A stretch of 64,000 nucleotides of DNA from Macrostomum lignano (Eukaryota), in assembly GCA_002269645.1 (NCBI GenBank), contig NIVC01003505.1:1-64000 (forward strand). The letters are read 5' to 3'. This document shows, in pieces, positions 23,101-36,599 of the stretch (its first letter is position 1; every line of letters starts with the position of its first letter). The position numbers and the translations under genes are program-made. The notes under the pieces were generated by a model, which ran no database searches, had not been told where the DNA came from, and saw only the letters and a program-made list of their open reading frames with translations.

Positions 23101-24044
23101 TCCATCGATCTAATTCCATCGACCTCATCCACTGTTGACTATTCAGCGGTATGGTTCTATTTCATTCTTAACACCTGACACTTCCCCGATTGCAATTTCT
23201 CGCATTCTCAAAATCCCTGAGGCTGTATCTGTCTTTCTGTCCTCTCTCCCTCCCCCGCGATCTGAATACCCCCTGAAATTTAATCCTTTTTTCTTTTCCT
23301 TAATTCAGGACAGCCAATCAGTCTGATTCCCACCTTCTCCTCCTACAGAATTACATGCATGATAGGGTCTCCTACACAGACTCGTGTATCATTTGTCTTC
23401 AATCCATTAACAGTAGGCTCTGATGCACTGAAGGTGGGTTGTGCCATTGTCTTATTAACTGTGTACATGCATGTGTATTGCAAGCAGGTTCAGCCCTAAG
23501 CAAACCGATTTTTGTATCGTCTGCAAATTTAAAATGGATGAAAAAAATAACAAAAAACAAGCAACTATTTTCAGCTCTGCCCCCTCACCCCCTCAGTGCC
23601 AGTGCAGCCGCTTCGGGCGGTCGCACATCCGGCATCCAATTCAGGCGGTGGTGCGCCGCTGCCCACGCGCCTCTTCAGACTAATTAGCATCCCCAACTGA
23701 ATGCGATGAGGAGTGGAACAGGAAGTCCCGTGCATTGGCCGGGCTAAAAATAGGCTAACATCAACCTTTTCCCCGCCTACTCCTCATTCCGTCCCCTCCA
23801 AGAGTTCGTTCACCCGAATGCTGAATTTCTCACCCCCGGATGCTCATTGGCCCAGAGATTATTCTCATCTCCCAAACCTGGCGAGAGTGAAAATCCTTCC
23901 CGAACACTGGCCAGTCTATATATATATATATATATATGAGAGCGAAGATGGGGTACAGTTTTGAATGAAACTCTCAATTCAGACCACGCAGTTTGGCAAA
24001 AAAACTGTTTTAACTCATCGGACCGGTGGTAGCAAAGTTTTAAC

Positions 24045-24366
24045 ATGCGCGCCGAAGTGTCGATCGCGGTGAATTTCGTCCTGTCATTCCTGTACAACCG
24101 GCTGCCGAGACGTCGGGTGAACTTGTTCGGCGAGCAGCTGGACTGCAACCTGACGGCCAAGTTTCAGGGTCACTGGTACCCGGACCAGCCGCTGAAGGGC
24201 ACCGCTTTTCGTTGTTTGAAAATTTCTGGCGAACAGTCTGATCCGATCTTACTGGAGGCGGCCAAGGAGACTGGGCTAGACGTCGGCGAGCTGATGAAGC
24301 ACCTGCCGCAGAATCTGACTCTGTGGATTGATCCTGGCGAAGTGTCCTGCAGGGTTGGCGAGAAAG
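24045..24366 (+). CDS. tob: Tob (BTG/Tob family) exon 1, BTG domain
   Basis: HWYPDQPLKGTAFRC (box A) and LTLWIDPGEVSCRVGEKG (box B); phase-1 donor at 24367. Confidence 0.92.
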
Positions 24367-24543
24367 GTCGGCAATATTATCTTCATATTTAGTATTACGT
24401 AATTTAAGAGTCTAAAACGCCTGATTCATTCATAGGATCGGTAGTGACAGGCTACGTGTGTAGATACAGAAAGATCTTGACAGTACATGATGCACTTTAT
24501 TGATAAGACGTCAACTTTTCCACTGTATTGCTCAAACGAACAG

Positions 24544-25076
24544 GATCAGTGACTCAGCTCTATTCGTCGGAAACGGCGGCGGCAGATTCGGCAGAGTCTC
24601 TCGAACAGCAACAACAACAACAGCAGCAGCAGCAGCAGCAGCAGCATCCGTGCGCTATTCAGCCACTCGTGCCCGACCCTCTGTGGATGTTCCAGCAGCG
24701 CCAGCAGCAGCAGGAATGCTACACGGCCGCCGCATTCGCCCAGACCAAATTTGGCAGCAAGAAGCTCCGTCAGCCACCCAGATCGCACAGCAGGCCGCAT
24801 TCGCATCACCAGATGCTCAGGCAGCAGCACCAGCAGTTGCAGCATCAGATGATGTACTGGGGAATGCCCTGGGGTGCTCGGCACCAACAGCAGCTTCAGC
24901 AACCGGAGCCGCAACTGTCGTGGCAATTCAAAACGGACTACAACAGCATCTGGAGCTGCGACGATCTGTCAGTGGCCATCCCGAGTCCGGCGGCGACCAC
25001 AACGCCGACTGCGAGCAGCACTGGAAACAGCGCGGAGTCCAGCGGGCCCAGCTCGCCACTGATGCTGGCCAAGTAG
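24544..25076 (+). CDS. tob: Tob exon 2, Gln-rich C-terminus; spliced protein 284 aa
   Basis: Acceptor cgaacAG gives GEKG-SVTQLY (cf. Tob GEKGPVKVLY); Tob-type motif YTAAAFAQTKFGSKKLR. Confidence 0.85.
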
Positions 25077-26289
25077 AATGCAGAGCAAAATATTTTTGCC
25101 CTTGTAGACTAGCAATCTCCTGAATCTTCACCATCATTTTTTTACTTCTCTGCATAGTCTTCATCTTGCATGCAGTGGACTGTCTCCCGGATATTTCTGT
25201 TGTTTTTCTTTTTCTCTTCTATTAAAACTGTTATATTAAAACGTTCTATCCAACACTGTTGAATCGCAATATAGCACGCACAAAAACACGTTTAGCTCTA
25301 CATTTTTTTTTTCAACGCATTAATTTTTTGTCCTTATATTTTCTACTGCATCTTCCGAATCAAACAATGCTTATTTAAGTGTATTCTGCACAATTTATTT
25401 TATTCACTGTAGTCGCTTTTATAGTTACATGTAGATTCACTTCGGCGTTTACAGTGCACTACGCGATTTATAATATTTTAACAGAAAAACAGAATATTAC
25501 AACTCGTACATTTGAAAAAAACTATGTGCAGTATATATCACGTTCCGTGTCACCAGTGTTATAAGAAAATATTTTCCCATGGTTACATCTACATTTTGTA
25601 TCGAATGCTCGCCTTTTATGAGCTCCTGTTTATCCGTGATTTTTTCGCTTTTATGATATTTTTTATTACACGTAAAATATTTTACAGATTCCGTTACAGA
25701 CTCTGTCGATTTCAAACAATATATTCAATAAATAACTGATATTTATAATACAGCTACCAGAAACTGATGTTTGTGAGTAAAAATGACTTTTTACATAATA
25801 CATGTACGGTTGTACTTCAATCTGTACCTGACTACTCGCAAAACGGCTGACTGTATAGCCATCGATAATACGCTTGCCATCGGTCATCGGCCATCGGTCC
25901 ATAACACTCGCGTCGGGAGCTTCATTCGGGCTGGGTCAGGGCCACAAAAATTTTGCCGAAGAGCAATCCAGGTTACCTTGTGTTATTTCTTCAACCTTAC
26001 TCGAAGTACAGGTTTCTGATGGAATTGATGTCTATGGTTTGATTAGGGACGCTCAAAATGTTAATATATTGGACATGTGGTGCCACACGTCTGATGGCAG
26101 TGCACGATCGTCACAGACGTCGAGAGTGGGCCTTATCAATTAGTCAATATAGTATCGTGTCCATGGTATTATCGCATGGCAGACAAAATCACTGCACACC
26201 CTAGTGCGGGACCCGGAAAACCTTTTTACCTCAAAGACTAGAGAGAGGACCTAGAGCATGACTGCAGGGCCAAAGGAAAGGAGATAGGA

Positions 26290-26900
26290 CAGAAACAAAA
26301 TAGGAGATAGGAGATAGGAGAGGAGAGAAGAGAGGATAGGAAAGGAAAGGAAAGGAAAGGAGAGGAGAGGAAAGGAAAGGAGAGGAGAGGAGAAGAGGAG
26401 AGAGGAGAGGAGAGGAGAGGAGAAGAGAGGAGAGGAGAGGAGAGGAGAGGAGAGGAGAGGAGAGGAGAGGAGAGGAGAGGAGAGGAGAGGAGAGGAGAGG
26501 AGAGGAGAGGAGAGGAGAGGAGAGGAGAGGAGAGGAGAGGAGAAGAGAGGAGAGGAGAGGAGAGGAGAGGAGAGGAGAGGAGAGGAGAGGAGAGGAGAAG
26601 AGAGAGAGGAGAGGAGAGGAGAGGAGAGGAGAGGAGAGGAGAGGAGAGGAGAGGAGAGGAGAGGAGAGGAGAGGAGAGGAGAGGAGAGGAGAGGAGAGGA
26701 GAGGAGAGGAGAGGAGAGGAGAGGAGAGGAGAGGAGAAGAGAGGAGAGGAGAGGAGAGGAGAGGAGAAGAGAGGAGAGGAGAGGAGAAGAGAGGAGAGGA
26801 GAGGAGAGGAGAAGAGAGGAGAGGAGAGGAGAAGAGAGGAAAGGAGAGGAGAGGAGAGGAGAGGAGAGGAGAGGAGACTAGGGGAAAAGAGAAGAGAGAG
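26290..26900. repeat. (GAGAG)n pentanucleotide microsatellite
   Basis: Direct inspection. Confidence 0.98.
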
Positions 26901-27499
26901 TAAATCATAATCTGATCGCCACACCTGGATGTACTGAACTTCTGTAAAATCCGACCAATTTTTGCTAATAGCTGTTACGAGTTACAGTACAGTAATTTAC
27001 TACTCTGTCTGAACAAGCCCTCATGAACAAATTTATTTATGAGAACTATACTCATTACTCACTGTAATTAAGGAGATAAAGAAACTGCTAGAATTTTCAC
27101 CAGTCTCCGTTGGACATAAATAGAAAACCTAGCTTGGTAATGGTGTTAACTTGTGTTAGCCAACTGTATTAGAGTCAGATAATTTGAAATGTGAAATATT
27201 GTCAACTTATAGCAGAAGAAAAATCTCGATTTCTTGATAGCATACTAAATGCACTAGCAGACTTTTTACAGACTATCTAGAAGAAAAATCCAGTATAAGG
27301 TCTTTTTTCCCAATTTGTCTATTTTTTACAGTCTAATTTTCCTTTAAACCCTACTAGCCACAGTAGTATGGTTATAGTAGTCCGTAAAATTCGAAAAAAA
27401 GAAAACTCATCGATCAAATAAAAATTTTGTGGGCGGTTCCAACGGAAAGCAGAGAAGCGGTGCAGAAATTACAGGGAAGAAGAAGGGGACATGGTGACT

Positions 27500-28070
27500 A
27501 TGAGCATGGTGAAACAGGGATAATTAATCAACTATTAAAATTATCTTCTGAATGACACTGTCCTTACTATACTATACTATACTATACTATACTATACTAT
27601 ACTATACTATACTATACTATACTATACTATACTATACTATACTATACTATACTATACTATACTATACTATACTATACTATACTATACTATACTATACTAT
27701 ACTATACTATACTATACTATACTATACTATACTATACTATACTATACTATACTATACTATATACTATACTATACTATACTATACTATACTATACTAACTA
27801 TACTATACTAACTATGCTATACTATACTATACTATATACTATACTATACTATACTATACTATACTATACTATACTATACTATACTATACTATACTATACT
27901 ATACTATACTATACTATACTAAACAATACAATACTATACTATACTATACTAAACAATACAATACTATACTATACTATTCTATACTTACTGTCTGGCAGAA
28001 TAGTAAGGACAGTGTCATTCAGAAGATAATTTTAATTGTTGATAAATTATACCTGTTTTACCATGCTCAT
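27500..28070. mobile_element. Foldback/MITE-like element: 71-bp inverted repeats around a (TATAC)n array
   Basis: 27500-27570 and 28000-28070 are reverse complements with 4 mismatches; (TATAC)n fills about 27566-27975; no TSD seen. Confidence 0.7.
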
Positions 28071-28517
28071 CCATAAACTCGAAAACACATTTTCTCCTGA
28101 TCCATTTGTAGATTGTAAAATCGCAATGAGAACCGGGTCACATTGCCGCATGTGCAGTTATTTACACAATGCATACCCTGCTGCATGCTCTATAACAGGT
28201 GTTGATTACGTCACTGGCCTGAATCGCACCTCTTTGTTTACCTTGCAGGGGAGGCATAACAGTATAATATACGGGCCCGTTCGCCCACTCGCACAAATTG
28301 GGCCTTGCTAGGGTGCGAAGTAATCTGAATAGATAAAACCAGAGAGTATATAGCCCTAAGGGCGACTTGCATTCATAATTCATTTTCCATGCCATGCTGT
28401 AACAACTTTTGAGGGATGAGGCAGTAGTGCAGAGTGGCCCAAGGATAGCCCAAAAACAGGATCTGGAGTTAGCATACTTCACATCATGTAATTTATTTAA
28501 ATTGTAATACTAGGCTT

Positions 28518-28810
28518 GCAATTATAGCCTAGTGGTTAGAGCGTCGGAATCACGACTAAAAGGTCGTGGGTTCGATTCTCGACCCATTGAGCAAGACACT
28601 TAACTCTGCATTGCTTCAGTTCACCCAGCTGTAAAATGGGTGCCAGCATTAGCTGGGGTAATTGACAAATTGAGGCTGTGTGGCGACCCCCCCCCCCCCT
28701 CAGTCATTGGACTGAACAGCCGTACGCAGCCTTCAGATGCGCCGCGCAATAGCTGCGGCTGAGCTGTCGGTTGCACATCTGGCCCAATTGGGCAGGTGTA
28801 ATCAATTTTT
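28518..28810 (+). mobile_element. tRNA-derived CORE-type SINE, copy 2
   Basis: Same A/B boxes, core (TTGAGCAAGACACTTAACTC...CTGTAAAATGGG) and 3' end (GGCAGGTGTAATCAATT) as copy 1; diverged, with a short deletion after the B-box. Confidence 0.85.
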
Positions 28811-29389
28811 ACGAGTATTCAATTGAAACTTCAGAACGACAAGCTAAGAAAGTGCAGAAGTTTTACTCAAACGCGGAGAATTCAAACTCGCTTTTATCTT
28901 ATTATCAAGACTACAGTTGTCTGAAAACCGGGTTCTGGCCGTTCAATGTAGAGAAATATAGCGAGGCCAGCGGCGGTGAATCTCTTTGATGTGATTTGCG
29001 CCCCCGGGCGGATGAGGTGGCTTGGGCGGCACTTCCTTTTAAAGGGCCGGCCTTCATCGAATGCACTGACGCAACCAGGGGGGCAGGCAGGTCGGATTGG
29101 ATAGAGAGCGGGACACAAGCGGCTTACAACAAACAGTCCTTCCTGAACCGCCTCTACACCTCCGCATAATACGGAGGGAGGGGGGATTGCGGCGGCAAGG
29201 ATCAAACAACAGCGGATCCCTGCTTCTCTCTCTTTCTATACCCCTCTAGCCACCTCCTCGCTCGAATGCTTCTCGATTTGATAGCATATCTATAAATACA
29301 CACTTGCGCTGATGCGCGTTAACAATACTGCACTGGGGGTATTTGGCGGCAATTGCTTTCTCGCTTGTTCTTGCTTGCTCTGTCCTACC

Positions 29390-29990
29390 GTTTCCTTCGT
29401 TCTCTCCTTCTCTCCCTCCTTCCCTCCTTCTCTCCCTTCTTCCCTCCTTCTCTCCCTCCTTCCCTCCTTCTCTCCCTCCTTCCCTCCTTCTCTCCCTCCT
29501 TCCCTCCTTCTCTCCCTCTTTCCCTCCTTCTCTCCCTCCTTCCCTCCTTCTCTCCCTCCTTCCGGCCCTCCTTCTCTCCCTCCTTCCCTCCTTCTCTCCC
29601 TCCTTCCCTCCTTCTCTCCCTCCTTCCCTCCTTCTCTCCCTCCTTCCCTCCTTCTCTCCCTCCTTCCCTCCTTCTCTCCCTCCTTCCCTCCTTCTCTCCC
29701 TCCTTCCGGCCCTCCTTCTCTCCCTCCTTCCCTCCTTCTCTCCCTCCTTCCCTCCTTCTCTCCCTCCTTCCCTCCTTCTCTCCCTCCTTCCCTCCTTCTC
29801 TCCCTCCTCCCCTCCTTCTCTCCCTCCTTCCCTCCTTCTCTCCTTCTCTCCCTCTTTCTCTCCTTCTCTCCCTCTTTCTCTCCTTCTCTCCCGCTTTCTC
29901 TCCTTCTCTCCCTCTTTCTCTCCTTCTCTCCCTCTTTCTCTCCTTCTCTCCCGCTTTCTCTCCTTCTCTCCCTCTTTCTCTCCTATCCCC
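29390..29990. repeat. Pyrimidine-rich repeat (CTTCTCTCCCTCCTTCCCTC-type)
   Basis: Direct inspection. Confidence 0.95.
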
Positions 29991-30639
29991 CTTTCTTTAC
30001 CAGGTCCACCCGTCATCACGCCTGACAACCCCAACACAATGACACACCGAGACGACAAGCAATAAAAAGAAGCGAGAACTCACTCAAGAACTCAAGCACA
30101 GTCGCAAAAGTTCGCACCGAACGCGCTCAGGAAGAGGCGGTATATTTTATAATGCTAGTCAAAAAACCACAATACACACCTATATACTAACTAATCAAAG
30201 CAGTCTACCTATATCATAATACCGTGCATGGCGGCAAACTTCACAGGGAAAGCTAGACGGACTACTAGAGACAGAGAAAAAAACGGCTCCTTTTTTTGAG
30301 AAGCCGATTCGAGAGGCCGAAACCGACGAGTGGAAGAAAATAGATCTACGAAGAGCTATCTCTGAAAATGAGAGCAAAGCGGGCCCGCAAGCATGCAGAA
30401 TAATTAGCGATCTGCTTCTAGCATTGCGGGGCTTCGGCTTGGGTACCCACTTCAGAAGGCCGGCTCAGAACGGCTCAGAATTCATGGATTCTTCCGCGGC
30501 TCACCCCTCTCCCCTCAGTCTCGCCTGGCTTCCAGGCTGGCTACTTCTCAGCTCTTTCCTCCCCCCCCTGTCTCTTCTAGGCTGGTTACTTCTCAGCTCT
30601 TTCCTCCCCCCCCCTGTCTCTTCTAGGCTTCTATTCCTT

Positions 30640-31380
30640 TCTCCCCACATCTCTCACTGTCTCCCTCTCCTCTCCACCTCTGTCACTATCTCCCTCTCTT
30701 CTCCACCTCTGTCACTGTCTCCCTCTCTTCTCCACCTCTGTCACTGTCTCCCTCTCTTCTCCACCTCTGTCACTGTCTCCCTCTCTTCTCCACCTCTGTC
30801 ACTGTCTCCCTCTCTTCTCCACCTCTGTCACTTTCTCCCTCTCTTCTCCACCTCTGTCACTGTCTCCCTCTCTTCTCCACCTCTGTCACTGTCTCCCACT
30901 CTTCTCCACCTCTGTCACTGTCTCCCTCTCTTCTCCACCTCTGTCACTGTCTCCCTCTCTTCTCCACCTCTGTCACTGTCTCCCTCTCTTCTCCACCTCT
31001 GTCACTGTCTCCCTCTCTTCTCCACCTCTGTCACTGTCTCCCACTCTTCTCCACCTCTCTCACTGTCTCCCTCTCTTCTCCACCTCTGTCACTGTCTCCC
31101 TCTCTTCTCCACCTCTCTCACTGTCTCCCTCTCTTCTCCACCTCTCTCACTGTCTCCCTCTCTTCTCCACCTCTCTCACTGTCTCCCTCTCTTCTCCACC
31201 TCTCTCACTGTCTCCCTCTCTTCTCCACCTCTCTCACTGTCTCCCTCTCTTCTCCACCTCTCTCACTGTCTCCCTCTCTTCTCCACCTCTCTCACTGTCT
31301 CCCTCTCTTCTCCACCTCTGTCACTGTCTCCCTCTCTTCTACACCTCTGTCACTGTCTCCTTCTCTTCTGGACCTCTCTC
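30640..31380. repeat. 29-bp minisatellite CTCCACCTCTGTCACTGTCTCCCTCTCTT
   Basis: Direct inspection. Confidence 0.95.
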
Positions 31381-31924
31381 CCTCTCTTTTTCTCTCTCCC
31401 ATCCTCTCCTCTCTTCTTTCTTTATCTCCATGCTTCTCTCCTAATCTCCCTCTTCCCACTGTCTACTAAGCAGTCCAAAACAAGACAGCATGTACTAGTG
31501 ACACAATAATATCGTGACTGCCAGAAAAAAACCAAGCTTGGGTATTGGGACTGTGTGTGCAGTTTTCGCAGCAAGTGCAACAACGTACATGTAACACTTG
31601 GTTCAGTTTGCTCGATTTACGAGCCATATTTAGAATCGGTTATTCATTCAAGGCCTTCACAGAGGAATGCATTTTAAGCAGCTTATTATAGGTTGTCTTG
31701 CAACACTATCTAACAGGAATTGGATAGGAGACAGAGCGCGCGACAAAGGACGGTGGAGACTACACTATAGTTCACCATGCAGCGCATAAATTTAGCAAAC
31801 GCGGCGGCAACTTCAAAGAGATTCGGGGCGTTGGGTAAAGGCGGTTAAGGGTGACAAAACTGATAAAGGGAAACGAAACTATAGTGGTTGCTTGCTGGGG
31901 ACGCTACGAGAGGGCGATAAAAGC

Positions 31925-32830
31925 TACTATAGAGGATAGGGGCTACTAGAACAAGATAGGGGCTACTAGAAGAGGATAGGGGCTACTAGAACAAGATAGG
32001 GGCTACTGGAAGAGAATAGTGGGGCTACTAAAAGAGAATAGGGGCTACTAGAACAAGATAGGGGCTACTGGAAGAGAATAGTGGGGCTACTAAAAGAGAA
32101 TAGGGGCTACTAGAAGAGGATAGAGGCTACTAGAAGAGAATAGGGGCTACTAGAATAAGATAGGGGCTACTAAAAGAGAATAGGGGCTACTAGAAGAGGA
32201 TAGGGGGCTACTAGAACGAGATAGGGGCTACTGGAAGAGAATAGTGGGGCTACTAAAAGAGAATAGGGGCTACTAGAAGAGGATAGGGGCTACTAGAAGA
32301 GGATAGGGGCTACTAGAAGAGAATAGGGTGCTACTAGAAGAGGATAGGGGCTACTGGAAGAGGATAGGGGCTTCTAGAAGAGGATAGGAGCTACTAGAAG
32401 AAGATAGGGGCTACTAGAAAGATGGTGGCTACTAGAAGAAGATAGGGGGCTACTAGAACAAGATAGGGCTACTAGAAGAGAATAGGGGCTACTAGAAGAG
32501 GATAGGGGCTACTAGAAGAAGATAGGGGCTACTAGAAGAGAATAGGGGCTACTAGAAGAAGATAGGGGGCTACTAGAACAAGATAGGGCTACTAGAAGAG
32601 AATAGGGGCTACTAGAAGAAGATAGGGGCTACTAGAAGAGAATAAGGGGGCTACTAGAACAAGATAGGGCTACTAGAAGAAAATAGGGGGCTACTAGAAG
32701 AGGATAGGAGCTACTAGAAGAAGATAGGGGCTAATAGAAAGATGGAGGCTACTAGAAGAAGATAGGGGCTACTAGAAGAGGATAGGGGCTACTAGAAGAG
32801 AATAGGGGCTACTGGAAGAGGATATGGGAG
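31925..32830. repeat. ~20-bp minisatellite GGGGCTACTAGAAGAGGATA
   Basis: Direct inspection. Confidence 0.95.
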
Positions 32831-33589
32831 CTGGCTTACTTGAACTGAATGCTATATAGTTACTAAAGCATGAAATACATCGTTTAAAGCTTAAAATCTT
32901 AAGTTTGGAAGCATTTAAAACCTTATAAACGAAAAGCTTAAGTTTATTATACTATTTGGCAGTAAAATGGTAGAATTCTTAATGTAAAGTCGGGGCCGGC
33001 TTACAGCCACCCAACCACTAACCCACTGTCCTCTCGAGACCTGAGTGAAGGCTATACAGAGAAACTCGAAATTGCTGCGAAAGCAAAAATTGCTAGCCCT
33101 AAAATCTTGCAGCAATAGCAATTGCTTTTCAAAACCTTTAGCATCTTGCGACAGCAACAATTGCGCTTGTAAAGGGAAGAAGAGGCCTTGGCTAAAACAA
33201 AAGAAACGGCGCTTTGCTCTTTGGCGTATACTGAGGGCGGACTTTAACTTTTCAATTCTAAACCCCAGAAAGCCAGGCAATTAATTCTGTTTGGCTATTG
33301 CTGGTATAAACTTCAAGATCAAGGCAAGCATAAATGCAGTAAAAACATTTTTGATATTATCACCGTTTAGGTCAGTAAAACAACTTCATTGCTTTTTCTA
33401 TTTGCAGCAGTTTGTGGCAATAACTCCTGATAAACATTTCCGGGCAGTAAATGCCTAATAAATTTATGCCATATATTAGATTAATTACTTTTTAATTGTT
33501 GGCCTTGTGCCAAATTGCATGAAATGTATTGCAATATTATCCGGTATAATCTCTCCAGACACTATAGTCTCAATCAAAGTCAGGTATAG

Positions 33590-34520
33590 TTTATACTGGA
33601 CTCTCCACAATCAGAGTCTAGTCTCACAGTCACACCTGGACTCTCTGCAATCAGAGTCTAGTCTCACAGTCACACCTGGACTCTCTGCTATCAGTCTAGT
33701 CTCACAGTCACACCTGGACTCTCTGCTATCAGTCTAGTCTCACAGTCACACCTGGACTCTCTGCTATCAGTCTAGTCTCACAGTCACACCTGAACTCTCT
33801 GCTATCAGTCTAGTCTCACAGTCACACCTGGACTCTCTGCAATCAGAGTCTAGTCTCACAGTCACACCTGGACTCTCTGCTATCAGTCTAGTCTCACAGT
33901 CACACCTGAACTCTCTGCTATCAGTCTAGTCTCACAGTCACACCTGGACTCTCTGCAATCAGAGTCTAGTCTCACAGTCACACCTGGACTCTCTGCAATC
34001 AGTCTAGTCTCACAGTCACACCTGGACTCTCTGCTATCAGTCTAGTCTCACAGTCACACCTGGACTCTCTGCTATCAGTCTAGTCTCACAGTCACACCTG
34101 GACTCTCTGCAATCAGAGTCTAGTCTCACAGTCACACCTGGACTCTCTGCTATCAGTCTAGTCTCACAGTCACACCTGGACTCTCTGCTATCAGTCTAGT
34201 CTCACAGTCACACCTGGACTCTCTGCTATCAGTCTAGTCTCACAGTCACACCTGGACTCTCCGCTATCAGTCTAGTCTCACAGTCATACCTGGACTCTCC
34301 GCTATCAGTCTAGTCTCACAGTCACACCTGGACTCTCTGCTATCAGTCTAGTCTCACAGTCACACCTGGACTCTCCGCTATCAGTCTAGTCTCACAGTCA
34401 CACCTGGACTCTCTGCAATCAGTCTAGTCTCACAGTCACACCTGGACTCTCTGCTATCAGTCTAGTCTCACAGTCACACCTGGACTCTCCGCTATCAGTC
34501 TAGTCTCACAGTCAGGACTC
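33590..34520. repeat. 38/40-bp minisatellite TCAGTCTAGTCTCACAGTCACACCTGGACTCTCTGCTA
   Basis: Direct inspection. Confidence 0.96.
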
Positions 34521-35218
34521 TCCGCAGCGGAATGGCATCACAGGAAGCGTGAACACGACAGAGATTGAATATTGATTGCTAGGATATATTTCATAAAACA
34601 GCGATCGAGCAATTCTGTAGACATTCGAACAGTGTGCTGGGAAGAGCAAAGGCGGGCTGATAAAGGGTGTCAGTGCAAGGGGCATTGGATAATATTTTCA
34701 AGAGAGATATGCCACCAATGAGAAAAATAAACAATTAAAAAATAAAAAGGAAAAATACAAGCGGCGGCATTCAATGAGGGCATAGCATCGGCGGCAGAGT
34801 TCCGATCATATATTGGTCACAAGAGTGAGTCGTATTATTCAAAATGATATTTCAGAACTTTGCAACGCTTTTAAATTTGCGCCCTCTCTTCTTCTGCTCA
34901 GGAAGAAGAGAGGCTTGGAGCAGCAGATTTCAAAGGCATTAACATATACAGGCCGAGCTACAATAGGAAGTTTAAAACTAAGATGTAGAACAGAGGCAGA
35001 GTAAAAAGTAGAAGTGCGAAATCCAGCTTTGCCCGGGTTCGTATTTCGAAATGAGGTCAAACGGCCCAGCCAAATTTATCGTCGAAAATAGCGGGTGGGT
35101 TGGCGAATATTGCACAGGTGCGGGGGGGCTGAGGCCAGGTGATTGACAGAGATCACAAGAGATCACAAGAATCGAATTTGTAGGAAAGTTGCCAAGAGGT
35201 CACAATCAGACTGGGGAG

Positions 35219-36599
35219 CTACTCAACTCGCTCCACCCTGCCGATGACTTTGCCCTCCCACAGCGGCAGCACCTCAGAGTCGTCCGTCACCTCCTCGTGC
35301 ACGGCGCCGCCGACCACAAACTCGTCGCATCGCCGCTTGAAGAAATACCGATAGCTGCCCTTCTTGGCCATGAGCTGCTTGAATTGGCCGAGGGTGATGC
35401 TCTGGCCCGGCCACGCGTGCCTGTACGGCACAGAGTCTCCGCACAGGAAGTAGCCGATGGTCAGCGGCTGCTGCTGCGGCGGTGGCTGCTGCTGCAGGCT
35501 GACCTCTTCTAAACGACGTCGGGCCTCCACAATGGTGGTGTCGGGGTTGGGCTTGTCCATCACGGGCATGTTGCTGTCGATCATGAAGGGCTGGCGGGGC
35601 TGGTCACAACGGGCGGCAGCGGCCAGCTGATTGGACACGTGCTGCGTTAACTGCTGACGGTGCACAGAGCCGCCAGTTGAAGTGGAAGCCACCGAAGCCG
35701 CGGCCGCTGTGGCTGACGAGGAGCGAAGAATGCCACCGTATCGACTAGAGGAGGAGATGGTGCCGAAGCCGCTGTCACCCGCTGTGGAGGCCGCTCCGGC
35801 GCCGCCGCAGATCAAGCTGTTGGTTGCGCCGCTGCCGCTGGCGCGGAAGTGGTGATAATAGTGATAATGGTGCACGTGAGTCTCCTGGTCCAGCTCCGAT
35901 GCTTCAAGCTTTTGATGCAGCTGTTGCTGAAGCGGAGGAGGCTGGCTGGAAGGAAGCTGCTGGGGCGGAGGGGGCGCCAGCGGCTGCGGATGAGACGAGT
36001 GGCCCCGATCCAGGTGGTCCAGGTGGTCGGTGAGGATGTCCTCCGGGTTGCTGTCGCGGCTGCTCATGCTGGCTCGAAGGATTCGCTGAGCCCAGGGCGA
36101 ATTGAGCAGCTCGGCGCCGCTGCCGCAGGACAGACTGCTCGGCGGCCGGGATGTCAGGGTCTGCTCGCGCTGGTGGCACTGCAGACGGTCGGCCAGTAGG
36201 CGGGCGAACTTGTCCGGATTGGTGACTGGCAGGTCGCGGTCGTACTGGCAGCTGGCGGCGTGCTGCTGCAGCTGGTGCCTGAGTAGGAGCTGCTGCCGGC
36301 AACTGCTGCTGGCGCCGCTGCCGCCGCCATTGCTGGCGAGGTCGTCCCGGTTGGCGGAGGCGGCGCACCGCATCGCCCGGCGGAGGCCTTTGCGACTGCC
36401 CGGAGCCTGGTGATGATGATGATGCTGCCGGTAGCTGGCCGCGTCCAGACTGCTGGCCGTGTCAGTCAGGGACAGATTGTCGACGTCAGTCAGGGCGTCG
36501 GAGGACTGCAACGACTGAAGCTCGGAGTCGCGACGGCTTCCAGGCGCATAGGAGGTGTAGTAAGGCAGGGCCTGGCTCATGCTGGTGCAGCAGGATGGC
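35219..36599 (-). CDS. axin: Axin last exon: Ser-rich phospho-region, GSK3-binding helix, beta-catenin-binding motif, DIX domain
   Basis: DSELQSLQSSDA..LSLTD; NPDKFARLLADRL; SNPEDILTDHL; HHYHYYHH; DIX LTIGYFLCG...YRYFFK...LPLWEGKVIGRVERVE. Phase-2 acceptor cctcgcAG at 36601-36600 fits exon 3. Confidence 0.95.

Noticed and set aside
20837-31509. Periodic ORFs at 20837, 21499, 26231, 27552, 29246-30065 and 30424
   Set aside because: All derive from micro- or minisatellites.
32915-33284. Overlapping 121-aa and 79-aa ORFs
   Set aside because: No conserved motif or splice context; probably non-coding or an unrecognisable remnant.
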